Source: an uncultured Lentisphaeraceae bacterium (GTDB lineage Bacteria > Verrucomicrobiota > Kiritimatiellia > RFP12 > DVOR01). From it: DNA of 64,000 nucleotides. The position numbers and the translations under genes are program-made. Every line of letters starts with the position of its first letter. Position 1 is the first letter of the stretch. The notes below the pieces were generated by a model. The model was not told where the DNA came from, made no database searches, and worked only from the letters and a program-made list of their open reading frames with translations. The stretch is taken from positions 1,472 to 65,471 of the forward strand of contig CASEMQ010000033.1 of assembly GCA_949289005.1 (NCBI GenBank). The letters are read 5' to 3'. Shown in pieces: positions 37,636 through 47,985 of the stretch.

Positions 37636-39662
37636 GCGCGCGCCTCCCGGAGATGGGCGAGAAATTGCCCCCACCTGAACCGCGCCACGCGGAAGAGATA
37701 GGCGGGGACGTCGGGCAGGATGTCGGCGGCGATCTTGAGCATGTTGCCTGCGGAATAAGGGTTGCGCGGCGGCCCGGCGTAAAGGTGCATGAGCGGGTGG
37801 CGCACGCGCGTGGGATCCTGCGGCCAATACCACAGATGCTCGCCCAGATAGAAGCAGGCATCCCCCGCGGCGCGCAAGTCGCGCATCTGCGCGGGCGTCT
37901 GCCAGGCGATGTCGCGCACGCCGCACTGCGGCAGGAGCGTGCGGTAGTAACTGTCGAAGACGTGCGGGGCGGGGATGTCCGGCGGGAGCGTCTCCCACGC
38001 CGCCAGGCAGCGCCCATCCTCGCGGTAGCGGTCGTGCAGGGAGAGAATGTAGGCACGCGGCGCGGGCTCCGAACGCATCGTCTCGACGAGCGAGAGCGCG
38101 TAGGCGCTCATCGCCACGGTGAGGATGGCCTTGCCGAGGGCAAAGAGACAGGTGCTCGAGGCCAGGATGGCCGTCACCGCCACGCCCAACGCCCGCCCCG
38201 CCCACGGCGAGCGCGGCACGTTCACGGTCATCGCGTTGAAGGCCACCAACACCGGAAACATCCACAGCTGCGGCACATAGCGCACGTAGCCCACCGTCTT
38301 GGTCGGCTGGAGGAAACTCGTCAGCAGGATGGCCACCAACAGCCACGGCACGCCGCACCGCCGCGTGAGGCACAGCGTCAGCAACGTCAGGCACATGACA
38401 ATGCGGAAACCGGTGCCCAGGCCGCTCACCTGGTCAAGATGAAAGACCGGGTTGAAGGGCTTCTTCCCCAGCTTCCACTCGTAGTAGCGGTGCGCCAGCC
38501 ACTTGGAGAGATAGGCGTTCGTCACGCGGCCGAAGTAGCCCATCGCCGCCGCGTCGTCGTTCACCAGGTCAAAGTCCGCCGTCATCGCCGGCAACGGCTC
38601 ATCCTTCGAAAAGGAATGCTCGGGATAGAACGGCCCGCCGTGGGCCGCCCAGTTGGTGAGATAGGGCGAAAAGCCCACCGTCAGCGCCAAGACGAACCCC
38701 GCCGCATTCGCCGCCACCCACTTCCAGAAACTCCGCACGAACCCCTTGCGCCACGCCATCCAGACAATCGGCACCGTGAAGACCATCGCCGACAGCACAA
38801 AGTTGACCACGCCCGTGAACTTCAGGTTGCACCCCAAAACCGGCGTCAGCGTCAGGAGCGACAGCCACGTCGTCCGCCCCGTCTTGCGGTAGGCGCACGC
38901 CGCCAACAGATAGGTCATCAGGAGCGCGTAGAGCGAGCCGTCCTGCGCGAAGCAAAAGGCGCTTGCCACCACCCCCGGCGACAACATCGCCAGCCCCGCG
39001 AAAAGCCACCGCTTCCACCGATCCCCCCCAAAGAGCAGCGGCGTCACGCGCCACGCCGTCGCCCCCAACGTCACCGCCGTGACAAGGATGAGCGTGTCGC
39101 CCGACTCCGCGTTCCCCGTCAGCGCCGCCGTCACCGCCCCCCAGACCCACCCCGCGCGCGGCAGGTAAGCCGTGTGGTACGCGTTGAAGGTCGCAGGGTC
39201 CGCGCCCGTCGCCGCCAACATCGCCTCGCGCGTCGCGTCGAAAACCGGGTTCCACCCGCCCAAGAGCAACTGCGAGGCCGTGACATGGTAAGCCTGCGCA
39301 TCCCACCACGAAAAGAACACGAAACTCTGATCCACCGCCACGATCGCCGCCAGCGTCGCCGCCAGCCAGCCCACCCGCTTGGCGCCCTCGCGCCACGTGC
39401 CGCCGCCGGCCAACGCCAGCGCCGCCGCCCCCGCAAACCCCAGCACGCCCCACCACCCCGTCACCGTCAGCCCAAAGAGGAACCCGATCGAGGCGAACAG
39501 CGTCGTCAGCGTCGGCACCGCCAACAACGCCACCGGCAACGGGAAAAGCCGCCGCCGCCGCACCTCCGCCAAAAAGGCGACGGGCGCGGCCGGCAACACG
39601 GCGCCGCCCGGGCGCCGCCGCCCGGGGCCACGGTTCCGCCGCCTGCCGCTCCGCCGCCTCAT
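37632..39662 (-). CDS. Large polytopic membrane protein, unknown function (possibly another GT-C-like enzyme)
   Basis: At least 10 hydrophobic segments and a C-terminal soluble domain. ATG at 39662 has GAGG upstream. The alternative GTG at 39692 lies inside the upstream terminator. Confidence 0.6.
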   Translation of the reverse strand: MRRRSGRRRNRGPGRRRPGGAVLPAAPVAFLAEVRRRRLFPLPVALLAVPTLTTLFASIGFLFGLTVTGWWGVLGFAGAAALALAGGGTWREGAKRVGWLAATLAAIVAVDQSFVFFSWWDAQAYHVTASQLLLGGWNPVFDATREAMLAATGADPATFNAYHTAYLPRAGWVWGAVTAALTGNAESGDTLILVTAVTLGATAWRVTPLLFGGDRWKRWLFAGLAMLSPGVVASAFCFAQDGSLYALLMTYLLAACAYRKTGRTTWLSLLTLTPVLGCNLKFTGVVNFVLSAMVFTVPIVWMAWRKGFVRSFWKWVAANAAGFVLALTVGFSPYLTNWAAHGGPFYPEHSFSKDEPLPAMTADFDLVNDDAAAMGYFGRVTNAYLSKWLAHRYYEWKLGKKPFNPVFHLDQVSGLGTGFRIVMCLTLLTLCLTRRCGVPWLLVAILLTSFLQPTKTVGYVRYVPQLWMFPVLVAFNAMTVNVPRSPWAGRALGVAVTAILASSTCLFALGKAILTVAMSAYALSLVETMRSEPAPRAYILSLHDRYREDGRCLAAWETLPPDIPAPHVFDSYYRTLLPQCGVRDIAWQTPAQMRDLRAAGDACFYLGEHLWYWPQDPTRVRHPLMHLYAGPPRNPYSAGNMLKIAADILPDVPAYLFRVARFRWGQFLAHLREARA

Positions 39663-39693
39663 CGCCGCCTCACCGGTCACGCACCTGCGCACA

Positions 39694-39733
39694 TAAAGAA
39701 AAAGGCCGCCCGCGTCCGCGAGACGGGGCGGCC
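39694..39733 (-). terminator. Rho-independent terminator after the PpiC-type lipoprotein gene
   Basis: On the minus strand, GGCCGCCC-n14-GGGCGGCC is followed by TTTTTCTTTA. Confidence 0.6.
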
Positions 39734-39746
39734 TCGCTCCGTTGCC

Positions 39747-41246
39747 TCAGGGCGCGGGCTTCTCGGCCGCGGGCGCGGGCTTGTCCGCGGGTGCGGGGGT
39801 TGGCTTGGCCTCAGGCTTGGCCGCCACGGGGGCGGGGGTCACCGCCGCAGGCGCGTCGGCCTTGGGCGGCTCGGCCGCCAGCTCGGGGAAGAGGGTGCAG
39901 GTCACGCCCAGCGCCTTCTTCTGCGCGTTGAAGAAGTCCATCGCCGCCTGGCGCTTGCGCTGCTCGGTGAAGGTGGTGCGGATGGACTCCGCGTCGCGCG
40001 GCATCGGCGCGGGCTTGATCAGCGGCAGGAGGGAGATGAGTGCGGGCTTGTCCTCGGCCTTGACGAGGATGTGGCTGGCCGTGACCGTGCCGGCCTTGTC
40101 GTCGCGCGCCGTCACCTTGATGATGTGATAGCCGAACTTGGTCTGCACCACGGGGCCGACCTCGCCGACCTTCTGGGAGAAGGCGGCCTGCTCGAACTCG
40201 GGCACCATCTGGCCCTTGCCGAAGGCGCCCAAGTCGCCGCCGCGCTGGCCGCTCGGGCAATCGGAGATTTCCTGGGCCACCTTGGCGAAGTCCTCGCCCT
40301 TGAGGACGCGGTCGCGCGCGGCCTCGAGTTTGGCCTTGGCGGCGTCGCGGTCGGCCTGGGTCAGCGGCTGGGCGGGCGTGCGCTTGACGACCTTGAAGAT
40401 CGCCTTGGCGCCGGGCACGTCAAGCACACCGGTCACCTCGCCATCCTTGGTCGAGGCGATGGCCGCCTGCACCTCCTTGGGGAAGTCCCACGTCAGCTGG
40501 TCGGCGGGCAATTCCGTGGGGCTCTTGACGGCCGAATTGGCCTTCACCAGATCCTCGAAGGTGGCGGTGCCGTCGGCGACCTGCTTCGCGTAGCCGGCCA
40601 TCTCGTCGTCCACCAGCTTCTTCTCGGCGGCGAACTTGTCCAGCTCGGCCTGCACCTCTTCGTCGGTCACCTTGACGGAGGGGAAGACGAGGGTCTCGAG
40701 CACCTTCATCTCCAGCCACTGGTTCTCCAGCATCGCGCGCGCCTTGGCCTCGCCCAGCGGGAAGGTCTTGATCAGCTCATCGAGTTTACGCCCCTCGCGC
40801 GCCTCCAGCTCCTTGGTCTGCTCCGCTCGGAACGCATCGTCCACGGCGAGGTTCTTGGCCGCGGCGGTCTGCTTCATCACGCCCTCGATGATGAACTGCT
40901 GCACCAGCTGGCGGCGAAAAGCCTGCTTGGCCTGCGGCAACATCTCCGAGGGGATGGGCTGGCCGGACATCTTGCCATAGGCCTCCACCATCTCGTCCAC
41001 CTGCTTGTTCAGATCCGCCCACGTCATCTTCGCCTCGCCCACCGAGGCGATCACGTCCGTGTCCTTCGGGGGCGGCGGCAACGCCACCACGTCGCTCTCG
41101 ACGCCCGCCGCCGGCGTGTTGGTCACCGCGGCCTGCCCCTGCCCGCCCGCCGGGGTCTCGTTCGCGGGCTCCGTCTTCTCGCAGCCAACCATGAGGGCCG
41201 CCACCGCCGCCAACGCGGCCACGCCAAAAGTCTTTCGCGCTTGCAT
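39747..41246 (-). CDS. Parvulin-type peptidyl-prolyl isomerase lipoprotein (SurA/PrsA-like)
   Basis: Lipobox ALMVGC, a SurA-like N-domain, the PpiC core ([25 protein letters not shown] ... GYHIIKV), and a Pro/Ala/Lys-rich tail. Confidence 0.82.
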   Translation of the reverse strand: MQARKTFGVAALAAVAALMVGCEKTEPANETPAGGQGQAAVTNTPAAGVESDVVALPPPPKDTDVIASVGEAKMTWADLNKQVDEMVEAYGKMSGQPIPSEMLPQAKQAFRRQLVQQFIIEGVMKQTAAAKNLAVDDAFRAEQTKELEAREGRKLDELIKTFPLGEAKARAMLENQWLEMKVLETLVFPSVKVTDEEVQAELDKFAAEKKLVDDEMAGYAKQVADGTATFEDLVKANSAVKSPTELPADQLTWDFPKEVQAAIASTKDGEVTGVLDVPGAKAIFKVVKRTPAQPLTQADRDAAKAKLEAARDRVLKGEDFAKVAQEISDCPSGQRGGDLGAFGKGQMVPEFEQAAFSQKVGEVGPVVQTKFGYHIIKVTARDDKAGTVTASHILVKAEDKPALISLLPLIKPAPMPRDAESIRTTFTEQRKRQAAMDFFNAQKKALGVTCTLFPELAAEPPKADAPAAVTPAPVAAKPEAKPTPAPADKPAPAAEKPAP

Positions 41247-41332
41247 GCTTTCGTGTGTCCTTTCGCTTAAAGAAACAAGTGCGGCACATGATAGCACATT
41301 TTCGGCGCGCACGACAGCCCCGCAAACGCCCG

Positions 41333-43306
41333 TCACGGGGCATCGGCCTGGCGCGCGCGGAGGCGGCCGTCGCGCCCAATCAGGAAAACGCCCGGGCGCT
41401 CGGCGACGATTTCGCGGCCGGCATGGGTGAAGCGGCCGGGCGCGTAAAAGACAAAGGCCGCGCGCCCCGCGCCGTCGGCGACGGCTTGCAGCGCGGGGGT
41501 GTTGGCGAGAATGGCGATCTCGGGCGGGGGCAACCGCTTGGGCGAGACAACGTAGGCATAGGCGGCATCTTGGGCCGCGGCGCCGTGGTCGAGCCACAGG
41601 GTGAGCACGTCGCCGCGCACGGGGACGTCAAAGGCCGGGGAGACGCGCGTCCAGTTGCCCTCGCGGCGGGCAATGCGCCAGCGCAGGGTGGCGGCCTGCT
41701 TGGGGAGCGTGTAGCGGAAGGCGGCGTGCGTGAGGGTGACGGGCGTGGGCAGCGTGCCTGCGCCGGGGGCGTCGGCCACGGGCTTGCCGTCGGCCACGAG
41801 CGGGCCGCGCGCCCACGGTTGGTCCAGCGTGGTGCAGAGGGGCGCCTCGGGGTCGGCGGAGCCCAGCCCCGCGCCAAGGCAGACGACGGCATCGCCCAAG
41901 GCGAACCAGGCAAAGCACCCGGGCGCGGACGCGTCCTCGCGGCGACGGGCGAAGACAAGCGCGTCCGCCCCGTCGTCCACGCCCAGCACAAAGGCATCCT
42001 TGCCGCGCTGCCCCCAGGCGCGGCCGCGGGGGATGGCCGCGTCGGCGCGGCGGTCGGCCACGGTGACGCCGGGCACGCGCCACCAATCCCAAAGCGGGGC
42101 GATGTCGGCATATTCGTCGCCCGCGGCGACAAAACCGGTGGCGCCCTCGGCGAGCCAGTGGCCGAGAATGTTTTCGTCGTTGCCCCATTCGCAGCGGTTG
42201 GTGCGGACGGAGGCGGTGCGGACGTCGAAAGTGAAGTCGGGGCGGACGTGGAGGGCGTAATCGGAGCGGGGGAAAACCCTGGTGAGCGGCACGGGCGCGG
42301 GGGCATCGGGCTCCGCGCGGAGGCGGGCGCGGATGGCGGCATAGTCGGCGGCATGGGCGGGGTCGATGGCCGTGAGCCAACGCAGGATGGGAAGGTTCTT
42401 GGTGGCCTTGGCGCGGCCGGGCTCGCTGGCCTGCTGGCGCCCCACGGCGTTGAAGAGATACCACCGGCCGCGGATGGCGGGGAAATAGGCCCCCAAGGCG
42501 TAGGCCGACGCGAGCGCGGCACGCTCCGGCGGCGGCAACAAATCCGTGCCGCGCAGGCGGGCCAGCCAGGCGGCGTTCAGCTCCAGCCAGTCGTAACCAT
42601 AGTTGCCCAGATAGAGTTGCGGGCCATGCTGATGATAGGAAAGGTCGCGTTGCAATCCCTCGGCCTCGGTGAAGGCGAGCGGCGCGAAAAGGCGCTCCGT
42701 GGCGATGCGAAGGGCCGGCTCGTCGCGCGTGAGAATGGCGCGGTAACAACAATGCGCGGCGATGTTCACTAGGTTCGAGCCCGTGGTGATGCCACTCTTG
42801 CGCGTGGGGTCGCCCCCCTCCGCCCGCCACCGCGCGATCATCCCCCCGGGCAACGCCTCGGGCGCGATGCCCCCCTCCTGCGCCAACAGCAAAATCTCGC
42901 CCAAACGCTGCGGGGCGAAAATCTGGTTGTACCACCAATTGTCGCACCGCGGATGCTTGGCCTGCCAACAGCCCAACCCCCGCAACAGCGCCTCGCGCAA
43001 CGCCGCATCCCGATAACGCGGGCTCCCCGGCGCCCCAAAGGCCGCCGCGATCGTGCGCAACCGCCGCAAATGCGCGGCCGGCGCCCAACGCGTGCGGTGA
43101 CGATCCGCGTAATCGATGTCCGCCCACGCCCCCTCGGCGGTCATGGCGGCGGCCAACTTCCCCGCCTCGCCCAGATTCGCCCGCTCCGCGTGCGCCATGT
43201 CCTCCACAATCCGCCCCCGGATCGCGTCAAACGGCACCGCCGCGCCCACCCACGCGGACAACCAACAAACCAGGCAAACAACGGCAAAACGCAACGCCAT
43301 CGGCAT
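41333..43306 (-). CDS. Secreted polysaccharide lyase family 8 (chondroitin AC/hyaluronate/xanthan lyase-like)
   Basis: Signal peptide. PL8 motifs [25 protein letters not shown]. Confidence 0.8.
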   Translation of the reverse strand: MPMALRFAVVCLVCWLSAWVGAAVPFDAIRGRIVEDMAHAERANLGEAGKLAAAMTAEGAWADIDYADRHRTRWAPAAHLRRLRTIAAAFGAPGSPRYRDAALREALLRGLGCWQAKHPRCDNWWYNQIFAPQRLGEILLLAQEGGIAPEALPGGMIARWRAEGGDPTRKSGITTGSNLVNIAAHCCYRAILTRDEPALRIATERLFAPLAFTEAEGLQRDLSYHQHGPQLYLGNYGYDWLELNAAWLARLRGTDLLPPPERAALASAYALGAYFPAIRGRWYLFNAVGRQQASEPGRAKATKNLPILRWLTAIDPAHAADYAAIRARLRAEPDAPAPVPLTRVFPRSDYALHVRPDFTFDVRTASVRTNRCEWGNDENILGHWLAEGATGFVAAGDEYADIAPLWDWWRVPGVTVADRRADAAIPRGRAWGQRGKDAFVLGVDDGADALVFARRREDASAPGCFAWFALGDAVVCLGAGLGSADPEAPLCTTLDQPWARGPLVADGKPVADAPGAGTLPTPVTLTHAAFRYTLPKQAATLRWRIARREGNWTRVSPAFDVPVRGDVLTLWLDHGAAAQDAAYAYVVSPKRLPPPEIAILANTPALQAVADGAGRAAFVFYAPGRFTHAGREIVAERPGVFLIGRDGRLRARQADAP

Positions 43307-43660
43307 CCTCCAATCGTTCGGCAAGCAACGCCCACAGCATAGCACATCCTGCCGCGCCGCGCCCGCGACGGCAACAAAGCCGCAATGCCGTCCGGGGAAA
43401 GCCCAAACCAAGAACCCACGGTTTGCGCGGCCCGGAAATGCATCGTCCGCGGACAGCCGCCCGCAGGTCTGCCCGCGTGTTGGAGGGCACAAGGCTTACG
43501 AAGCCCCACGCAAAGAAACAAAACCACACCCGCGCAAATGCCTTTCGAAGTAATCTTCGCCGTCCGCCTGTCGCGCCGGAAAACAAACTTCCCACAACGG
43601 GGCGGGGATTTGGTATAGTTGTGGGGATTATCCATTTTTACAGCAAAGAAGGATTGCGAC

Positions 43661-44965
43661 ATGAAGATTGAGTTTGAGACGCTTGGCCCCTGCCGCCTGA
43701 AAGCTACCGTCACGGCCACCGCCGAGGAGGTCGCCCCCACCCTCAAGGGCGTGCGGGCGGACTTCACGAAGAGCGCGCGCGTCCCCGGCTTCCGCCCGGG
43801 CAAGGCGCCGTGGGCCAACCTCCGCAAACTCTTTGGCGAGCAGATCGACCGCGAGGAGGCCAAGCGCGTCTCCCGCCAGCTGATCGACGCCATGCGCAAT
43901 GATTTGGACGGCAAGCAAAAGCGCCGCTTCTGCGATCTGGTGGGCATGGAGCTGGGCGACGTTGGCGTTGGCAAGGGCGCCTCGGCAACGATCGAGGTGG
44001 ACGTGGAGCCGGAATTCGACCTGCCCGACGTCTCCGCCTGGCAGGTGGCGAAACTTGACCTGGCCGTCCCCGAGGACGTTGTCAAGGCGCAGCTCGACCA
44101 GTTGCGCCGCCAGGCCACCACCTTCCGTGCCGGCACGGCCGAGGACACCATCGCCGAGGGCGACCTGGTGGGCTTTGCCTTCGCCTCCGACCTGAACGCC
44201 GAGGCCGAGCCCGAGGCCGTCAAGCCCTTCGTCTCCAGCGCGGAGCGTTGGGAGCAGGTCAAGGCCGATGCCTCCGGCCTGCTGCCGGGCGACACCGCCG
44301 CGCTCGTGGGCAAGCGTTTGGGCGAGGAGGTGCCGCTGGAGGTGACCTTCCCCGCCGATTTCCGCGTGGCCGAGCTGGCCGGGCGCACCGTGCATTATAC
44401 CCTCACCGTCAAGTCCCTCCGCAAGCCCGAGCAGCCCACCGACGAAGACCTCGCCAAACGTTGCGGCATGGAGAACATGGAGGCGCTCGACAAGGCCGTG
44501 CGCGAACACTTGGCCCAAGCGCGCGCCGCCCAGGCCCACGACGAGGCCGAGCGCGCCATCGCCGAGAAGATTTCCGCCTCCGTCTCCTTCGACCTGCCCG
44601 AATCCGAGGTGCGCCGCCGCACTTACGACATGCTCCAACAGGATCCCTCCGATCCGCTGAAGGACCTCGCCGGCAAGAGCCACGAGGAGGTGGCGGCCAC
44701 CGACGTCTACAAGCAGACCGCCGAGCGTGCCGCCAAGTCCGTCCGCCTGGGTTATGTCCTGCGCGCCTGGGCCAACAAGAACGATGTCAAGGTCGAGGGC
44801 GAGGAGTTCAACGCGCACCTCAACCGCCTGGCCAACCAGATGGACATGAAGCCCGACATGGCCTTCCGCCGCCTAATCGACAATGGCCGTCTGGGCGACT
44901 TCTCCGCCCGCCTGCAGGAAGAGAAGGCCCTGAACAAGCTGGTCGACGTCTGCGCCGTCCTCTGA
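43661..44965 (+). CDS. tig: Trigger factor
   Basis: MKIEFETLGPCRLKATV start, ribosome-binding GFRPGKAP motif, ~434 aa. Confidence 0.9.
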   Translation: MKIEFETLGPCRLKATVTATAEEVAPTLKGVRADFTKSARVPGFRPGKAPWANLRKLFGEQIDREEAKRVSRQLIDAMRNDLDGKQKRRFCDLVGMELGDVGVGKGASATIEVDVEPEFDLPDVSAWQVAKLDLAVPEDVVKAQLDQLRRQATTFRAGTAEDTIAEGDLVGFAFASDLNAEAEPEAVKPFVSSAERWEQVKADASGLLPGDTAALVGKRLGEEVPLEVTFPADFRVAELAGRTVHYTLTVKSLRKPEQPTDEDLAKRCGMENMEALDKAVREHLAQARAAQAHDEAERAIAEKISASVSFDLPESEVRRRTYDMLQQDPSDPLKDLAGKSHEEVAATDVYKQTAERAAKSVRLGYVLRAWANKNDVKVEGEEFNAHLNRLANQMDMKPDMAFRRLIDNGRLGDFSARLQEEKALNKLVDVCAVL

Positions 44966-44980
44966 CGCGGGAGATGCGCG

Positions 44981-45769
44981 ATGGCCGAAGTGATGGAAGA
45001 GACGATTTCGGGCGCGATCGTGCGCGCCTTCTTCGCGAAGTTTGAGCGGAACCTGGCGGTGGACGTCGGGATTGTCGGCGCGGGGCCCTCGGGCCTCGTG
45101 GCCGCCCGCTACCTGGCCGACGCCGGGCTGCGCGTGGCGATCTTCGAGAGCAAGCTGGCGCCCGGCGGCGGCACGTGGGGCGGCGGGATGCTCTTCAACG
45201 AGGTGGTCGTCCAGGCCGACGCCGCGCCCATCCTCCACGACTTCGCCATCCGCACGAACGACCTGGGCAACGGCTACCACACGCTCGACAGCGTGGAGAT
45301 GGCCTCGGGCCTTATCTTTGGCGCGCGCAAGGCCGGCGCCACCATCTTCAACGCCATGTGCGTGGAAGACATCTGCGTGCGCGAGGGGCGCATCTGCGGT
45401 TTGGTGGTCAATTGGAACCCGGTGCGCCGCCTGGAGATGCACGTCGACCCCGTGGTCGTCACCGCCCGCGCCGTCCTGGACGGCACCGGGCACCCCTCCG
45501 AAATCGTCCACAAAGCCGTCGACAAGGCCGGCATCAAGGTCGATTCCCCCACCGGCGGCATCATGGGCGAAAAGCCCATGTGGATGGAAGACGGCGAGCG
45601 CACCACCGTCATCAACACCAAGCGCCTCTACCCCGGGCTCTACGCCTCCGGCATGGCCGCCAACAACGTCCAAGGCGGCTTCCGCATGGGCCCCATCTTC
45701 GGCGGCATGCTCAAATCCGGCAAAAAGGCCGCCGAGCTCATCCTCGCCGACCTCGCCGCCGCCAAGTGA
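44981..45769 (+). CDS. thi4: Thiazole synthase Thi4 (sulfide-dependent ADP-thiazole synthase type)
   Basis: VGAGPSGL dinucleotide fold, GGGMLFN, HPxE and GMxxNxxxGxxRMGPxFGGM motifs. Confidence 0.88.
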   Translation: MAEVMEETISGAIVRAFFAKFERNLAVDVGIVGAGPSGLVAARYLADAGLRVAIFESKLAPGGGTWGGGMLFNEVVVQADAAPILHDFAIRTNDLGNGYHTLDSVEMASGLIFGARKAGATIFNAMCVEDICVREGRICGLVVNWNPVRRLEMHVDPVVVTARAVLDGTGHPSEIVHKAVDKAGIKVDSPTGGIMGEKPMWMEDGERTTVINTKRLYPGLYASGMAANNVQGGFRMGPIFGGMLKSGKKAAELILADLAAAK

Positions 45770-45819
45770 ACAGGGGCCGGAGCCCCCAAACCCCCAGGCA
45801 TCCACACTTCACAAAGCCC

Positions 45820-46458
45820 ATGAACGCCTTCGGCCTCTATCTGGTCGTCACCGACCCCATCACCTCGTACGAGGCCGTCACCGAGGCCGCCGTGCGCGCC
45901 GGCCTGCGCTACGTCCAGCTGCGCATGAAAAACGTGCCGCGCGAGACGGTGGTGGCCACGGCCCGCGCCATGCGCCGCATCACCCGCGGCACCGGCACGC
46001 TCCTCATCGTGAACGACGACCCCGAGGCCGCCGCCCTGGCCGAGGCCGACGGCGTCCACCTCGGCCAGGGCGACATGCCCCTGCCCGAGGCCCGCGCCAA
46101 GTTCCCCGTGCTCCGCGTCTTCGGCCTCTCCACCCACTCCTACGCGCAGATGGAGGCCGCCAAGCCCGTCCGCCCCGACTACGCCGGCGTCGGCCCCGTC
46201 TACGCCACCCCCACCAAAGCCATCCCCGACCCCACGCTCGGCCCCGCCGAGGCCGGCCGCATCGTCCGCGCCTCCCCTTGGCCCACCGTCGCCATCGGCG
46301 GCATCGACGCCGCGCGCCTGCCCGAGACGCTCCGCGCCGGCGCCATCAACTTCGCCGTCGTCCGCGCCGTCTGCCGCGACCCCGCGCCCTACGACGCCAT
46401 CCGCCGCCTCCAAGACGTCTGGCGCGCCAATGTCCGCCTCCCCGCCGATGTCGAGTGA
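45820..46458 (+). CDS. thiE: Thiamine-phosphate synthase
   Basis: LYLVTD, VQLRMK, DGVHLGQGD and GVGPVYATPTK motifs. Confidence 0.9.
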   Translation: MNAFGLYLVVTDPITSYEAVTEAAVRAGLRYVQLRMKNVPRETVVATARAMRRITRGTGTLLIVNDDPEAAALAEADGVHLGQGDMPLPEARAKFPVLRVFGLSTHSYAQMEAAKPVRPDYAGVGPVYATPTKAIPDPTLGPAEAGRIVRASPWPTVAIGGIDAARLPETLRAGAINFAVVRAVCRDPAPYDAIRRLQDVWRANVRLPADVE

Positions 46459-47335
46459 ACGCTTTCCCGTTTTTCTTTCCCCTGTCAGGCGCGGCATCCT
46501 GATTGGCCTTTGCCTCTTGGCCGCCCTCTGGGCGCTGGCCTGCTGCCTCGCCCGCCCCATCGTCGACGCCTTCGCCTTCCCCAAGCCGCCCCTCCGCCCC
46601 GGCTATCCCGAGACCCTCCCCGTCCCCCTCGAAGGCGGCGCCATCGGCCGCCTCCGCATCCTCCCCAACCCCGACAGCCCCTGGGCCGTCCTCTACTTCC
46701 ACGGCAACGGCGAGGACCTGGCCGAGACCGACGCCCTCATGCGCGCCCTCGCCCGCCACGCCACCGTCTACGCCGCCGACTACCGCGGCTACGGCCAAAG
46801 CACCGGGAAGCCCTCCGTGCGCACCTTCGAGGCCGATGCCCGCGCCTTCCACGATGCCGCCCGCGCCCAAGGCGCCGACCCCGCGCGCCTTGTCGTCCAA
46901 GGCTACTCCCTGGGCACCGCCGCCGCCACCGAGGTGGCCGCCACCCGCCCCGTCGCCGCGCTCATCCTCGGCGGCGGCTTCACCTCCATCCTCGCCGTGC
47001 CTGGGCTCGCCCGGTGCCTGCCGTGCGACTGGCTCCACTCCGAGGACAAACTCCCCCGCGTCGCCTGCCCCGTCTGGATCTTTCACGGCACCGCCGACCG
47101 CCTCATCCCCCTCGCCCACGGCGAGGCCCTCCACGCCGCCGCCCGCGAACCCAAGCGTTTCATCCGCCTCCCCGGCGACAACCACCGCACCGCCCACCGC
47201 CACGACGCCGACCAGCTCGCCCAGTGCCTCGCCTGGCTCGAGACCCTAGCGCAAAGTCGCGAACGCACCCCTCGCGTGGCGGGGCTTGCGAGGGGTGCCG
47301 GGGCGTTCAGGCCAGCGTGCCGTCGCGGAGGGTGA
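46430..47335 (+). CDS. Alpha/beta-fold hydrolase with N-terminal membrane anchor
   Basis: HGNGED, nucleophile elbow GYSLG, and a C-terminal GDNH. The start is uncertain (46430 or 46448). Confidence 0.75.
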   Translation: MSASPPMSSERFPVFLSPVRRGILIGLCLLAALWALACCLARPIVDAFAFPKPPLRPGYPETLPVPLEGGAIGRLRILPNPDSPWAVLYFHGNGEDLAETDALMRALARHATVYAADYRGYGQSTGKPSVRTFEADARAFHDAARAQGADPARLVVQGYSLGTAAATEVAATRPVAALILGGGFTSILAVPGLARCLPCDWLHSEDKLPRVACPVWIFHGTADRLIPLAHGEALHAAAREPKRFIRLPGDNHRTAHRHDADQLAQCLAWLETLAQSRERTPRVAGLARGAGAFRPACRRGG

Positions 47336-47981
47336 GGGTGCGGGCGCAGCGGGCGGCGGTCTCGGGGCTGTGGGTGACCATGACGAGGATGGCGCGACGT
47401 TCGCGGGCGAGGTCGAAGAGGAGGTCGAGGACGGCGCCGCCGGTGGTGGCGTCGAGGTTGCCGGTGGGCTCGTCGGCGAGGAGGAGGGGGGGATCGTTCA
47501 TGAGGGCGCGGGCGATGGCGGCGCGTTGCTGTTCGCCCCCGGAGAGTTCGAGGGGGGTGTGGCGGAGGCGGTTTTCGAGGCCGACGCGGGCGAGGAGATC
47601 TTGGGCGCGGCTGCGCATGGCGGCACGGCCGAGGCGGCCGAGGGCCATGGCCGGGAGCATGACGTTCTCGGTGATGTCCATCTCGGGGAGAAGGTGGTAG
47701 GCCTGGAAGACGAAGCCGATTTTGGCGGCGCGCAGGGCGGTGCGGCGGCGGGCGGTGAGGGCGTAGAGGTCGCGGCCGTCGATGCGGACGGTGCCGGCCT
47801 GAGGGCGGTCGAGCCCGCCGAGGACGTGGAGGAGGGTGGATTTGCCGGCGCCGCTGCGGCCGACGATGGCGATGGTCTCGCCAGGCTCGGCGGCGAGGTC
47901 GGCGCCGCGGAGGATGTCGAGGCGGGCGCCGTGGAGGGTGTAGGCTTTGCGGAGGCCTTGGGCGACGAGCGTGGGCGGCAT
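47307..47981 (-). CDS. lolD: Lipoprotein-releasing system ATP-binding protein
   Basis: Walker A GRSGAGKST, signature LSGGEQQR, Walker B LLLADEPTGNLD. Adjacent to the LolC/E permease. Confidence 0.88.
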   Translation of the reverse strand: MPPTLVAQGLRKAYTLHGARLDILRGADLAAEPGETIAIVGRSGAGKSTLLHVLGGLDRPQAGTVRIDGRDLYALTARRRTALRAAKIGFVFQAYHLLPEMDITENVMLPAMALGRLGRAAMRSRAQDLLARVGLENRLRHTPLELSGGEQQRAAIARALMNDPPLLLADEPTGNLDATTGGAVLDLLFDLARERRAILVMVTHSPETAARCARTLTLRDGTLA

Positions 47982-47985
47982 GGGG

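Noticed and set aside
31793-41270. 1455-aa (31793-36160 +) and 1205-aa (37653-41270 +) ORFs
   Set aside because: These are antisense shadows of the lnt-TPR, membrane-protein and PpiC genes. Their composition is dominated by G/A/E/R or R/P/H/Q runs.
43493-44980. TPP riboswitch upstream of thi4/thiE
   Set aside because: thi4 starts 16 nt after the tig stop. I could not find the conserved CUGAGA/ACCUGAUCUGGAUAAUGCCAGCG-type cores upstream of tig either.
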